Assembly (NCBI GenBank): GCA_019912885.1
Contig: JAIOHV010000203.1
Location: 1,885-65,884, forward strand
Origin: a bacterium
GTDB lineage: Bacteria; Lernaellota; Lernaellaia; JACKCT01
Length of the DNA stretch: 64,000 nucleotides
Reading direction: 5' to 3'
Each line of letters opens with the position of its first letter. Within the stretch, counting starts at the first letter, position 1. A program made the position numbers and the translations under genes. The notes under the pieces were generated by a model. It did no database searches. It saw only the letters and a list, made by a program, of their open reading frames with translations, and was not told the DNA's origin. This document shows positions 48,483 through 57,707 of this stretch, in pieces.

Positions 48483-50564
48483 ATGGGTCTGCAAAACGTG
48501 AGAAATATCGGCATCGTCGCCCACATCGACGCCGGCAAGACGACCGTCACCGAGCGCGTTCTGTTCTTCACGGGCATGAAGCGCACGCTCGGCGAGGTTC
48601 ACGAAGGCACCGCGACGATGGACTTCATGAAACAGGAGCAGGAGCGCGGCATCACGATCGCGTCCGCGGCGATCTCGTGCAAGTGGAACGATGCGTCGAT
48701 CAACATCATCGACACGCCCGGGCACGTCGATTTCACGATCGAGGTCGAGCGCTCGATGCGCGTGCTGGACGGCATCACCTCGGTGTTCTGCGGCGTCGGC
48801 GGCGTCGAACCGCAGAGCGAGACGGTCTGGGGCCAGGCGGATCGCTACCGCGTGCCGCGCATCGCGTTCGTCAACAAGCTCGACCGGCCGGGCGCCGATT
48901 ACTTCGACGTCATCGCGCAGCTCAACGACCGGCTGGACGCGAACGCGATCGCGTTTCAGGTGCCGATCGGCAAGGAAGACGGGTTCATCGGCCTTATCGA
49001 TCTCGTGGAGATGAAGGCCATCACCTTCCCGGAAAAGCAGCGCGTCATCGGTGACATCCCCGACGAATACAAGGGCGAGGTGGAAACGCACCGGCAGGCT
49101 CTTCTCGAAAAGCTCTCGGAGTTCAACGACGAGATCGCCGAGCTGTATCTTGACGAGAAACCGGTTCCGACCGACCTCATCAAGCGCGTGACGCGCCACT
49201 GCGTGCAGCGGCTACTGCTGACGCCGGTTTTCGCGGGCGCGGCCTACAAAAACGTCGGCGTGCAGCTTCTGCTCGACGCGATCGTCGACTACCTGCCGTC
49301 GCCGCTCGATGCCGGCGCGATCACCGGATACGACATCGACGATCACGAGAAGACGCACATGCGTCATCCGACCGAAAACGATCCGTTCTCGGCGCTGGCC
49401 TTCAAGATCATCCACGATCCGTACGTCGGGCAGCAGACGTTCGTGCGCACGTATTCGGGCGTGCTGAAGGCGGGACAGCAGGTTTACAACGCGACCAACG
49501 GCAAGAAGGAGCGCGTCGGCCGCATCCTGCGCATCCGCGCGAAGGAACGCGAGGAGGTCGAGCAGGTCGGCCCGGGCGACATCGTCGCGCTGATCGGCAT
49601 GAAGGATACGCACACCGGCCACACGCTTTGCGATCCGGGGACGCCGATCCTTCTCGAGTCGCTGACGGTCCCGGAGACGGTCATCAGCGTGAAGGTATCG
49701 ACCGAGACGCAAAAGGACCTCGATAAACTGCACCAGTCGCTGCGCAAGATGGCGCTCGAGGATCCGTCGTTCCAGGTTCGCGTCGTCGAGCGCACGGCGG
49801 AGACCGTCATCGCCGGCATGGGCGAGTTGCACCTGGAGATCATCGTCGATCGCCTGAAGACGGATTTCGGGGTCGAGGCGAACGTCGGCGCGCCGTCGGT
49901 GGAGTATCGCGAAACCGTGACCGCCGAGTCGCAGCACGCCTACAAGCACGTCAAGCAGTCCGGCGGCAAGGGTCAGTTCGCGCATACGGTCATGCGCGTC
50001 GAGCCGAATCCCGGCGGCGGGTTCGAGTTCGTCGATCACATTACCGGCGGCTCGATTCCGCAGGAGTTCATCCCCGCGGTTCGTCATGGCATCGCGGACA
50101 CCATCAAAGCCGGCATTCTCGCGGATTATCCGGTCGTCGATGTGCGCGTCGTGCTGATCGACGGCAGCTTCCACGCGGTCGACAGCTCGGAAATGGCTTT
50201 CCGCACGTGCGCGTCGATCTGCTTCAAGGAGGCGTTCCGCCGCGCGAATCCCAAGCTGATGGAGCCGGTCATGGCGCTCGAGATCGCCACGCCCGACGAA
50301 CACATCGGCGACATCGTAGGCGATCTCAACCGCCGGCGCGGGCGCGTTCTGAACATGCGCCGCTATCGCGCGGGTTCGCAGAAGCTTTCGGCCGAGGCGC
50401 CGCTGATGGAGCTTTTCGGATACGCGACGACGCTTCGCTCGCTTTCCTCGGGCCGCGCGAACTACGCGATGGAAGTCGCGCGTTACGACGCCATGCCGGC
50501 CAAGTTGCAGGAGACGGTCCTGGAAGAGGCGCGCAAACGGATCGCCGCCGCGCACGGGCAGTAG
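48483..50564 (+). CDS. fusA: Elongation factor G paralog (EF-G2-like), solitary and outside any str operon
   Basis: [19 protein letters not shown]-motifs; 695 aa; not flanked by rpsL/rpsG/tuf. Confidence 0.85.
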   Translation: MGLQNVRNIGIVAHIDAGKTTVTERVLFFTGMKRTLGEVHEGTATMDFMKQEQERGITIASAAISCKWNDASINIIDTPGHVDFTIEVERSMRVLDGITSVFCGVGGVEPQSETVWGQADRYRVPRIAFVNKLDRPGADYFDVIAQLNDRLDANAIAFQVPIGKEDGFIGLIDLVEMKAITFPEKQRVIGDIPDEYKGEVETHRQALLEKLSEFNDEIAELYLDEKPVPTDLIKRVTRHCVQRLLLTPVFAGAAYKNVGVQLLLDAIVDYLPSPLDAGAITGYDIDDHEKTHMRHPTENDPFSALAFKIIHDPYVGQQTFVRTYSGVLKAGQQVYNATNGKKERVGRILRIRAKEREEVEQVGPGDIVALIGMKDTHTGHTLCDPGTPILLESLTVPETVISVKVSTETQKDLDKLHQSLRKMALEDPSFQVRVVERTAETVIAGMGELHLEIIVDRLKTDFGVEANVGAPSVEYRETVTAESQHAYKHVKQSGGKGQFAHTVMRVEPNPGGGFEFVDHITGGSIPQEFIPAVRHGIADTIKAGILADYPVVDVRVVLIDGSFHAVDSSEMAFRTCASICFKEAFRRANPKLMEPVMALEIATPDEHIGDIVGDLNRRRGRVLNMRRYRAGSQKLSAEAPLMELFGYATTLRSLSSGRANYAMEVARYDAMPAKLQETVLEEARKRIAAAHGQ

Positions 50565-50597
50565 GAGAGGATCGAGGATCGAGGATCGAGGATCGAA
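50565..50597. repeat. GAGGATC x4 heptamer tandem repeat (copy C of the GAGGATY family) immediately after the fusA stop
   Basis: gagaggatcgaggatcgaggatcgaggatcgaa. Confidence 0.85.
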
Positions 50598-50676
50598 CTT
50601 GACCGCGATCCCCGGCAATTCAAATCCCGTTTCTGAACAACGAACCGCGACCTTCAGGGAGCGGGTCGAAAAATAA

Positions 50677-50704
50677 CCGCCCGAGTTTGACCGGGCGGTT
50701 TTCT
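50677..50704. terminator. Bidirectional rho-independent terminator between fusA and ilvE
   Basis: ccgcccg-agtttga-ccgggcgg followed by TTTTCT; A-rich upstream. Confidence 0.7.
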
Positions 50705-50753
50705 CGTCATTGGTTTTCGGGCACGGGCGCGGGCGCGGTCACCGACGCTTCGC

Positions 50754-50780
50754 GATTCCATTCCGCACTCCGCATTCATT
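50754..50780. repeat. CATTCCGCAYTCCGCATTC motif (second copy; see 13311-13350)
   Basis: gattccattccgcactccgcattcatt abutting the ilvE stop. Confidence 0.7.
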
Positions 50781-51712
50781 CAGACAAACGTATGCCAGCC
50801 GTGCGTGTCGTCGATCTCGGCGCGGACGTATTGCAGATAGCGCTCCTGCACCTTCGCGGTGATTGGCCCGCGCCGTCCATCGCCGATCGGAATCTTGTCG
50901 ACGGAGACCACCGGCGTCACCTCGGCGGCCGTGCCGGTAAAGAAGATCTCGTCGGCGAGATAGAGCATTTCGCGCGGGATCTGCGCTTCAACGACCTCGT
51001 AACCGATTTCGCGCAAGATCGTCATGGCGCAGTCGCGCGTGATGCCGGGCAAAATCCCCGAGGCCAGGGACGGCGTGAAGGCCTTGCCGTTTCGAATCAG
51101 GAAGACGTTTTCGCCCGAGCCTTCGCTGACGATGCCGTCGGTGCCAAGCGCGATCCCCTCGGAAAAGCCGTAGAGGGAGGCTTCCATCTTGATGAGCTGG
51201 CCGCTGGCGTAGTTGGCGCCGCATTTCGCCGCGGCGGGCAGGGTGTTCGGGGCCACGCGGTTCCAACTGCTGACCATCACGTTCACGCCTTTTTCGAGCG
51301 CGTCCGCGCCGAGGTACGCGCCCCATTCCCACGCGCAGATGAAGGCCTCGACGCTGTTGGTCAGGGCGTTGACGCCGAACGTGCCGGTCCCGCGAAAGAC
51401 GATCGGCCGGATGTAACAGGCGGGAAATCCGTTCGCCCGCACGGTGTCGAGAATCGCGCGCCGAAACTCGTCTTGCGAAAATGGAATCGCCATGCGGTAG
51501 AGTTTCGCGGAGTCGAAAAGGCGCCGCACGTGTTCATCGAGCCGAAACACCGACGGCCCTTTCGAGGTGCCGTAGCAGCGGATCCCCTCAAAGACGCTTG
51601 AGCCGTAGTGCAGGGCGTGCGTCATCACGTGAACGGTCGCGTCTTTCCAGGCGATGATTTCGCCGTTTTTCCACACCTTGGTGTTGCCCGATATGTCCTG
51701 GAACGCGGTCAT
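50780..51712 (-). CDS. ilvE: Branched-chain-amino-acid aminotransferase
   Basis: GGGGAGA RBS, MTAFQDISGNTKVWKNGEII; fold-type IV PLP motifs (EGIRCY, TGTAAEVTPV). Confidence 0.85.
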   Translation of the reverse strand: MTAFQDISGNTKVWKNGEIIAWKDATVHVMTHALHYGSSVFEGIRCYGTSKGPSVFRLDEHVRRLFDSAKLYRMAIPFSQDEFRRAILDTVRANGFPACYIRPIVFRGTGTFGVNALTNSVEAFICAWEWGAYLGADALEKGVNVMVSSWNRVAPNTLPAAAKCGANYASGQLIKMEASLYGFSEGIALGTDGIVSEGSGENVFLIRNGKAFTPSLASGILPGITRDCAMTILREIGYEVVEAQIPREMLYLADEIFFTGTAAEVTPVVSVDKIPIGDGRRGPITAKVQERYLQYVRAEIDDTHGWHTFV

Positions 51713-51852
51713 GTTGGTCTCCCCATGGGAATGTCGCGACGAGTCGCCGAAAAAATTATGGGATCGACGGCCACAAATCAAGGAAACGCGCCATTCGGAC
51801 CCTCGAATTGTTCGTCGCGCGCGCGACGGACGGTTGACGCACGGCGCCGGCG

Positions 51853-52821
51853 TTGCGCGTTGAACGCAATTCCCTATCCTTTATCCGCCGATCCACGTTT
51901 ACCCCGGACAAGCCCGTGTTCACCGATCGAATCATCCCCATCGTTCCCGGCATCGATTTGCTTGTCGGCGGCAACAACGGCCGGTTGCCGTTTTCGCACA
52001 GCTTCCTGGTGCGCGGCGATTTTGTCGCGGTGATCGACACCGGTTGCGGCGAGGATTTATTGAAATACGTCCGCGCGCGATTCGCGCCGGACCTCGTCAT
52101 CAACACGCATTCGCATCTGGATCATTGCAGCCGCAACGGGATCTTCACGGGCACGCGCCTGTCGGTGCCCCATCCGCATCACCAGACGGTGGGCGATCTG
52201 AAGGCGCTCGCCGAGCGCTTCATCGGCGACACCGGCCTGCGCGAGGAGTGGGTGCATACGATCGTCGATTTCACGGGGTTTTCGCCGCTGCCGCCGACCG
52301 AGACTTACAACGACGGGGACGTGTTCGACTTCGGCGCCGTGCGTCTTCGAGCCGTGCACCTGCCGGGGCATCTGGACGACCACTTCGGATTCGTCGAGGA
52401 GACGTCGGGCGTGGTGATCTGCACGGATGTCGATCTCACCGCGTTCGGTCCGTGGTACGGGAATCCGGAGTCGAACATCGAGCAGTTCGAGGCGTCGATC
52501 GAACGCGTGCGCCGGCTTTCGCCGAGCATCCTCGCTCCGTCGCACCGTTTTCCGCTGCGCGAGGGGATCGACCAGGCGCTCGCCGCGTACGAGAAGCGCC
52601 TGCGCGACAACGAGGAAAAAGTCTTTCGCGCGCTGATCGAACCGAAGACGCTCGACGAATTGTGCGAACGCAAGCCGTTTTACCGCATCCATCCGTCGCG
52701 CAAGAGCCTGCTGCGTTATTTCGAGGGCGTGATGATCGGCAAGCACCTGGAGCGTCTCGTCGCGGCGGGGCGCGCCGTCGAGCGCGACGGGCGTTTCGTG
52801 CAAGCGGTCAGGGAATCGTAG
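51853..52821 (+). CDS. MBL-fold metallo-hydrolase
   Basis: DTGCGED and THSHLDH motifs, plus downstream HLPGH. Confidence 0.65.
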   Translation: MRVERNSLSFIRRSTFTPDKPVFTDRIIPIVPGIDLLVGGNNGRLPFSHSFLVRGDFVAVIDTGCGEDLLKYVRARFAPDLVINTHSHLDHCSRNGIFTGTRLSVPHPHHQTVGDLKALAERFIGDTGLREEWVHTIVDFTGFSPLPPTETYNDGDVFDFGAVRLRAVHLPGHLDDHFGFVEETSGVVICTDVDLTAFGPWYGNPESNIEQFEASIERVRRLSPSILAPSHRFPLREGIDQALAAYEKRLRDNEEKVFRALIEPKTLDELCERKPFYRIHPSRKSLLRYFEGVMIGKHLERLVAAGRAVERDGRFVQAVRES

Positions 52822-53677
52822 CGAGCACGCGGTCCATGAGGATGGCGGCCTGCCGGTAGAGCGCGGAGTAGGTGTTGAAGTCGTCGATGCGAAAGTTTTC
52901 GTATTCGGCGTACACGTCCTCGCCCCGGATATGCAAGACGCCGTGCCAGTCGTTGTCGAACAGGTGGCGCGAGTCCATGTGACCGCCGCCGATCCAGACG
53001 ACCTCGCCGGTCTTGATGTCGATGATTTTGGCCTCGACGCTGACGTCCCAAAGACCGTAGCTGACCCAGATGCCCTCGGCTTCCTGCGGGCGCGGAAGGT
53101 TGCGGAACTCGAATTCGTCGGCGTCAAAAAGAAAATCGACCTCGCGCGGCCATGCGCCGACGTGGCTGATGACAAGGATGGCGTCGGCGTTTGTCTTCTT
53201 GCCGAGAAGGAGCGCCGACTGCGTCGGATTGCCGGGCCGCGCCGGCAGATTCTTGCCGAAACGTTTGCTTTTCACGTTGTCCAGGCGCGCCACGATGTCC
53301 TGCGAGATCACGCTGAATCCGCGCTCGAGCAAGATCCGCTCGGCCTGATGAACGATGAAGTCGTAATCCTCCGATCGCGTGAGCGTCATCGAGGGATGCG
53401 GCGCGGCGCTATCGAGCGGGCCATCCCCGCGCGGCGGCTGCGTGGGATCGCCGCCGGAGGCGGTCACCTGCGTCAACGGGCTCGAATCGGGAATGACGAC
53501 GAGAATCGACCGGTACTTGGAGCGCTTGAAGTCCGGCGAGACGGAGCTTTTGATCTCGGGCGCGGGCAGCGCGGGGATGGTGATTTCGGCCTTGCCGAAG
53601 GCGCAACCGGAGACAGCCGCGACGAACGCAAGCACGAAAATGCGCATGAACGCGCGGCGATTCCGGTGTGTTGTCAT
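52808..53677 (-). CDS. Hypothetical lipoprotein
   Basis: Signal/lipobox MTTHRNRRAFMRIFVLAFVAAVSGC; no recognisable domain; 14-nt convergent overlap with the preceding gene. Confidence 0.45.
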   Translation of the reverse strand: MTTHRNRRAFMRIFVLAFVAAVSGCAFGKAEITIPALPAPEIKSSVSPDFKRSKYRSILVVIPDSSPLTQVTASGGDPTQPPRGDGPLDSAAPHPSMTLTRSEDYDFIVHQAERILLERGFSVISQDIVARLDNVKSKRFGKNLPARPGNPTQSALLLGKKTNADAILVISHVGAWPREVDFLFDADEFEFRNLPRPQEAEGIWVSYGLWDVSVEAKIIDIKTGEVVWIGGGHMDSRHLFDNDWHGVLHIRGEDVYAEYENFRIDDFNTYSALYRQAAILMDRVLATIP

Positions 53678-53713
53678 GGGCACGCGAAATTTGTTTTATC
53701 GCGCCGCTCGCGC

Positions 53714-54580
53714 TTAAGCAATGGAGAGGGGGAGATGTCGTTTCAGCGTTCGAGATCTTCGGCGTTGGGAGTTCGTGAAGGCTTCGAACCCCAGTCCTTG
53801 TAGGTCTTGGTCACGTTGCCATTTTTGTCGAGGATGCCGGCTTTCTTGAGGATTTCGATGTCTTCCTCGACCGTCCCACGACGTATCGCCGCCAGCATTT
53901 GCTCGTGCGACCAAACGTCCTTTGGCGCCTGTTGGCTCGGGGCTGGCACTCCGTTTTTTTTTATCTTTGCCATACCGACCATCTCTCCGAACGGGCCACA
54001 CAGCGAGAATATTCGCCGGAGCACGCACCGATAATTGTATATGCGCGTTTTGAAATACGCCACTGCGAGGCCAGACGCGAGGCAGCTTGCCGCCTGACTT
54101 TAAGGGGACAAAGACCGCGCGCGTGCTTTCGATCGCCAGTCCCTCGTCCTCAAGTTTTTGAAACAGGTAATTGAAGACCGCGCAATCGCGAAATTTGTGT
54201 TTATTGGCATTTTGAAGCAAACGCTTTCCGGAGGCGTTCAAAACGGACGCCAGCTTGTCGTGCGTTGCTTTGAGGATGACCGCGTTTCCGGGGTCCAATA
54301 GGTCAAGGCATCGCCCCAATCGAATCAGCGATCCCACGACAGCGGCCTCGGTTTTGCCGAATCGATCCTCGGCCCACGCCCACGCCTGTTGCGGCGCGTA
54401 TTCCCAGAAATAGATGCCATGACCGAGCCAGTCGTCGTCATTTTCGCTCGGGCCGAACGGCGCGCCGTCAACGAGCTTTTCCGCGACGCGCTTCCTTGTT
54501 CCGTGAAACGCAACGACCGTTCGATCGTAGTCGAACACCATTTGCCGTGTGGGGATGTTTTCGCTCGTTCTTTTCTTCAT
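53714..54580 (-). CDS. DUF3990-like protein (FHGT ... GIYFWE motifs; possible ART-like fold) in a lower-GC cassette; the 3-prime end is uncertain because the frame overlaps the small ORF
   Basis: ATG 54580 (MKKRTSENIPTRQMVFDYDRTVVAFHGT...LGHGIYFWEYAPQQAW). The first ~190 aa look like a genuine globular protein; the Arg-rich tail beyond about 54000 is probably not translated or is frameshifted. Confidence 0.4.
   Translation of the reverse strand: MKKRTSENIPTRQMVFDYDRTVVAFHGTRKRVAEKLVDGAPFGPSENDDDWLGHGIYFWEYAPQQAWAWAEDRFGKTEAAVVGSLIRLGRCLDLLDPGNAVILKATHDKLASVLNASGKRLLQNANKHKFRDCAVFNYLFQKLEDEGLAIESTRAVFVPLKSGGKLPRVWPRSGVFQNAHIQLSVRAPANILAVWPVRRDGRYGKDKKKRSASPEPTGAKGRLVARANAGGDTSWDGRGRHRNPQESRHPRQKWQRDQDLQGLGFEAFTNSQRRRSRTLKRHLPLSIA
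53743..53973 (-). CDS. Small hypothetical protein (76 aa) in a lower-GC cassette; candidate partner/antitoxin-like
   Basis: GGAGAG RBS 9 nt upstream of ATG (MAKIKKNGVPAPSQQ...); AT-richer codon usage than surroundings. Confidence 0.4.
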   Translation of the reverse strand: MAKIKKNGVPAPSQQAPKDVWSHEQMLAAIRRGTVEEDIEILKKAGILDKNGNVTKTYKDWGSKPSRTPNAEDLER

Positions 54581-54593
54581 CTCGTAATTCCCT

Positions 54594-55769
54594 TTACGAC
54601 CGATCCGCGCGCTTCCAACTCGACGGCGGGCGCAGCGCGCTTTTCGCCGCGAGCGCGATCTTCCAGGCGATGAACACCGGGACCAGAAGAACGCCTCGAA
54701 CAAGAGCCGCGGACGGACCGGCGCGGAAAAATGCAACGGCGCCGCAAAAGGCAAGAAACGCGATTCCCGAAAGCGCCGCGGCAAAGGGGGGGATGGCGGT
54801 TATCGCGGCGGCGAGCGTCCCGAGCATCGCGAGCATCCCCGCGAGTGTCGCGTAGCCGGGCAGTATCACATCGAAGGCGAGTTCCAGACGCGCGGGGGAG
54901 CGGTCGCGGATGGCAGTAAACAGAAGAGGCAGTGCAAGCTGGCGTACGAGGCTCGACTCGCCGCCGCTCCAGCGGCGACGCTGCGAGCCGGCCGTGGCGA
55001 ACGTGCGCGCCTTCTCCGAAAGAATGCGTGCGTCGGATACGTACGCGGCGAAGATGTCGCGCGCGGCCAGGCGCAGCGTCTGCTCGAAGTCCTCGGTCAC
55101 GGAAAAGCTGATCCATCCGGGATCGCGAAGGACGGAGCCCGACAGGCACCAGCCGTTCATCAGCGGCGCGGGAAGGCCAAAACGCGCGCGGCCGGCGTAG
55201 GTGCCCGCGTTTTTCATCGTGTTCGTGAGAAGCGACAGCGTCGCCAATGGCGAATCCGGCGCCGACTGCGCGCCGTTGTACCCCTGCACGGCCGGTGCAC
55301 CGGCGGAAAGGCGCGCGTCGATGGCGCGCAGATACGCCGCGTCGGCCACCGAGTCGGCGTCGAAGCACACCAGCGCCTCGTCGTCGTCCCACGCGCGGTT
55401 CGCGACATACCACGCCAGCGCCTGCCCCTTGCCCGGGTGCGTGGGATCGATCCGCTCGGCGACCTCGGCGCCGACCTCGCGCGCGATCGCCGCGGTGCGG
55501 TCGGTGCAGTTGTCGGCGAGAACCACGACGCGAAACCGATCCGCCGGATAGTCCTGCGCCTTCGCGGACGCGATCGTGCGCGCAACGCCCGCCTCCTCGT
55601 CGTGCGCGGGAATGAGAATCGTGAAGCGCGTGCGCGGCGGATCGCCCTTTGCGGCGTTTTCGCGCGGCAACAACGAGGCGAGCGTGTAAAAAAAATGCCG
55701 GAACGCGGCGGCGGCAAGAGCGCACGCGACGACGGCGAGCAAGCCGCGGGCGATTTCCGCCGCGCTCAT
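54594..55769 (-). CDS. Membrane glycosyltransferase family 2 (processive, synthase-like)
   Basis: ATG 55769 overlaps the upstream stop (ATGA); ILIPAHDEE, DADS, TEDFEQT, QRRRW-type motifs and C-terminal TM helices. Confidence 0.75.
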   Translation of the reverse strand: MSAAEIARGLLAVVACALAAAAFRHFFYTLASLLPRENAAKGDPPRTRFTILIPAHDEEAGVARTIASAKAQDYPADRFRVVVLADNCTDRTAAIAREVGAEVAERIDPTHPGKGQALAWYVANRAWDDDEALVCFDADSVADAAYLRAIDARLSAGAPAVQGYNGAQSAPDSPLATLSLLTNTMKNAGTYAGRARFGLPAPLMNGWCLSGSVLRDPGWISFSVTEDFEQTLRLAARDIFAAYVSDARILSEKARTFATAGSQRRRWSGGESSLVRQLALPLLFTAIRDRSPARLELAFDVILPGYATLAGMLAMLGTLAAAITAIPPFAAALSGIAFLAFCGAVAFFRAGPSAALVRGVLLVPVFIAWKIALAAKSALRPPSSWKRADRS

Positions 55770-56860
55770 CCGGACGCCTCGATGTACACGTCGTGCACCG
55801 CGCGCGCCATCGCGGCGGCGGTGTAGTGCTCCTCGAACCTCGTCTTGAGCGCGCTGACGACGGGCTCGCGCCGCGCCGCGTCGAGCATCGCGAAAACGCG
55901 TTCGGTGAGCGCGGCTGTTTCCGGCGCGGCCAGGCACGACTCCGCGCCGTCAAGGATCGCGGGGATTCCTCCCACGCGCGAGCACACCGGCGCGACGCGA
56001 TCGCGCATCGCCGCGAGCAGCGCTTGCGGCACGCCTTCGGAATCCGACGGCATGAGCAGGATGTCGAAGGCGCCGAGCACCGCGTCGATGTCCTTGCGAA
56101 ATCCGAGGAACGTAACCGCGCGGTCGATGTTCATCTCCCGCGCGCGCTCGCGGCATGCGGCGAGCAGCGGGCCTTCGCCGGCCATCGCGAAACGCACGTC
56201 GCCGCGCTCGGCGAGGATGTTCGCGGCGATCTCGAGAAAACGCATCGGCGCCTTCACGGGATCGAAACGGCCGACGTATCCGATCACGTTCGTCACCCCC
56301 GGCGCGGTCAACTGCGCGCGAATGGTCTCGATATCGGCGGCGGACGCGACGCCTGGCGATAGACCGTTGGGGACGACGCGAAGGCGCGCGTCGACGCCGG
56401 CCATCGCCAGTTGCGCACGCAGCGGTTCGGATACGGCGATGACGCGGTCGGCGCTCCTGAGCGCGGAAAGGTCCGCTGCGAGATAGGCGCGCATGCGCAT
56501 GCCCTTCCAGCCGGGATACGGTTCGCGGTGGCCGTGCACCGTGGCGACGCGCGCAAAACGCGCGCGTTCGGCGGCGCGCCAGGCGTAGATGTCGGCGAGG
56601 TAGCCGTGCGTGTGAAGGATGGCGCCCGTGGCAAGCGCCAACTCGGCGATTTCGCGAATCGGCCGGCGGTCGAACTTGTGACGGCGGCGAACCGATTCGT
56701 GCGGGATGCCGAGCGCTTCCAGGCGCGCGGAAAGCTCGCCGTCGGCGAACGTGACGACGCGCACATCGACGCCGCGGTCACGGAGGGCGGGCGCGAGCGC
56801 GAGGATATGCGCCTCGATCCCGGCAAAGATCGCGCCTTCGGCGAGCTGGATGACGCGCAT
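55766..56860 (-). CDS. Glycosyltransferase family 4 (GT-B, glycosyl transferase group 1)
   Basis: ATG 56860 (MRVIQLAEGAIFAGIE); C-terminal EGVPQALLAAM (E-x7-E-like) motif. Confidence 0.75.
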   Translation of the reverse strand: MRVIQLAEGAIFAGIEAHILALAPALRDRGVDVRVVTFADGELSARLEALGIPHESVRRRHKFDRRPIREIAELALATGAILHTHGYLADIYAWRAAERARFARVATVHGHREPYPGWKGMRMRAYLAADLSALRSADRVIAVSEPLRAQLAMAGVDARLRVVPNGLSPGVASAADIETIRAQLTAPGVTNVIGYVGRFDPVKAPMRFLEIAANILAERGDVRFAMAGEGPLLAACRERAREMNIDRAVTFLGFRKDIDAVLGAFDILLMPSDSEGVPQALLAAMRDRVAPVCSRVGGIPAILDGAESCLAAPETAALTERVFAMLDAARREPVVSALKTRFEEHYTAAAMARAVHDVYIEASG

Positions 56861-56879
56861 GCCCGGCGCCGCGCGGGCG

Positions 56880-57668
56880 TCAGTCCTTTCGGATGAGCCG
56901 CTGGAACCCGCCCGCGAGGATCTCGGGGAAGTTCGGCAGGCCGATGTTGTTCGATTGCACAAGAACCTCGACGTCGAAGCTCGACATGCGGTCCATCGAG
57001 GAGGACAAATCGACAAGGCGTTTGGCGAGCCCCAGCGCGTGCGCGGGACGTTCGACAAGCCGCGCGGCGAAAGTCGATACGGCGTCGGCCAGACCGCCCT
57101 CGGGCGCGACGGCGGTGACCATCCCCCAGGCAAGCGCGGTGTCGGGGTCGATTGCGTCGCCAAGCATGACCGCCTCTTTCGCGCGCGCGGCGCCGACCAG
57201 GCGCGTCAGGCGCGTCGTGCCGCCGCAGTCGGGCACGAGACCCAGGTAGATTTCCGGCAGAGACATCCGCGTGCCGGCCTCGACGATTCGGAAATCGCAC
57301 GCCAGCGCGAGTTCGAGGCCAAGGCCGATCGCGTATCGGTGCAGTGCGGCGATGACGGGTTTTTCGACCGTTTCGATGCGGTTCATCGTCGCCTGAATCG
57401 TCCTCGCCATCTCGCGCAGGGCGGGTCCGCGCATGGCCTCGTCGGAGGCGCCAAGGCCCGCGAGCCACGCCGCGTCGATGCCCGCGGAAAAACCGGCGCC
57501 CGCGCCGTCGATGACGATGACGCGCACGTCCGGATCGAGCGCCCAGGCGTCCACGGCGCTCGCGACGCCCGCGATCACCTCGGCGTTGATCGCGTTGCGC
57601 TTGTCGGGGCGGTTCAGCGTGATGCGCCCGACCGGTCCCTCGATCGTTCGCGTGACGGCTTCGCTCAT
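56880..57668 (-). CDS. Enoyl-CoA hydratase/isomerase (crotonase) family protein
   Basis: ITLNRPDKRNAI, GAGAGFSAGIDAA, ALACDFRIV motifs. Confidence 0.8.
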   Translation of the reverse strand: MSEAVTRTIEGPVGRITLNRPDKRNAINAEVIAGVASAVDAWALDPDVRVIVIDGAGAGFSAGIDAAWLAGLGASDEAMRGPALREMARTIQATMNRIETVEKPVIAALHRYAIGLGLELALACDFRIVEAGTRMSLPEIYLGLVPDCGGTTRLTRLVGAARAKEAVMLGDAIDPDTALAWGMVTAVAPEGGLADAVSTFAARLVERPAHALGLAKRLVDLSSSMDRMSSFDVEVLVQSNNIGLPNFPEILAGGFQRLIRKD

Positions 57669-57707
57669 GACGGCTCCGGGATGGCGATGGAAAATCGGAT
57701 CGCCATG

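Noticed and set aside
53714-54784. Full 356-aa ORF-track translation of the DUF3990-like frame, including the 68-aa N-terminal extension
   Set aside because: The upstream extension (MPRRFRESRFLPFAAP...) is Arg-rich with no RBS. The internal ATG 54580 has an RBS-like AGGGAA and begins the globular part. The C-terminal Arg-rich tail overlapping the small ORF is also doubtful.
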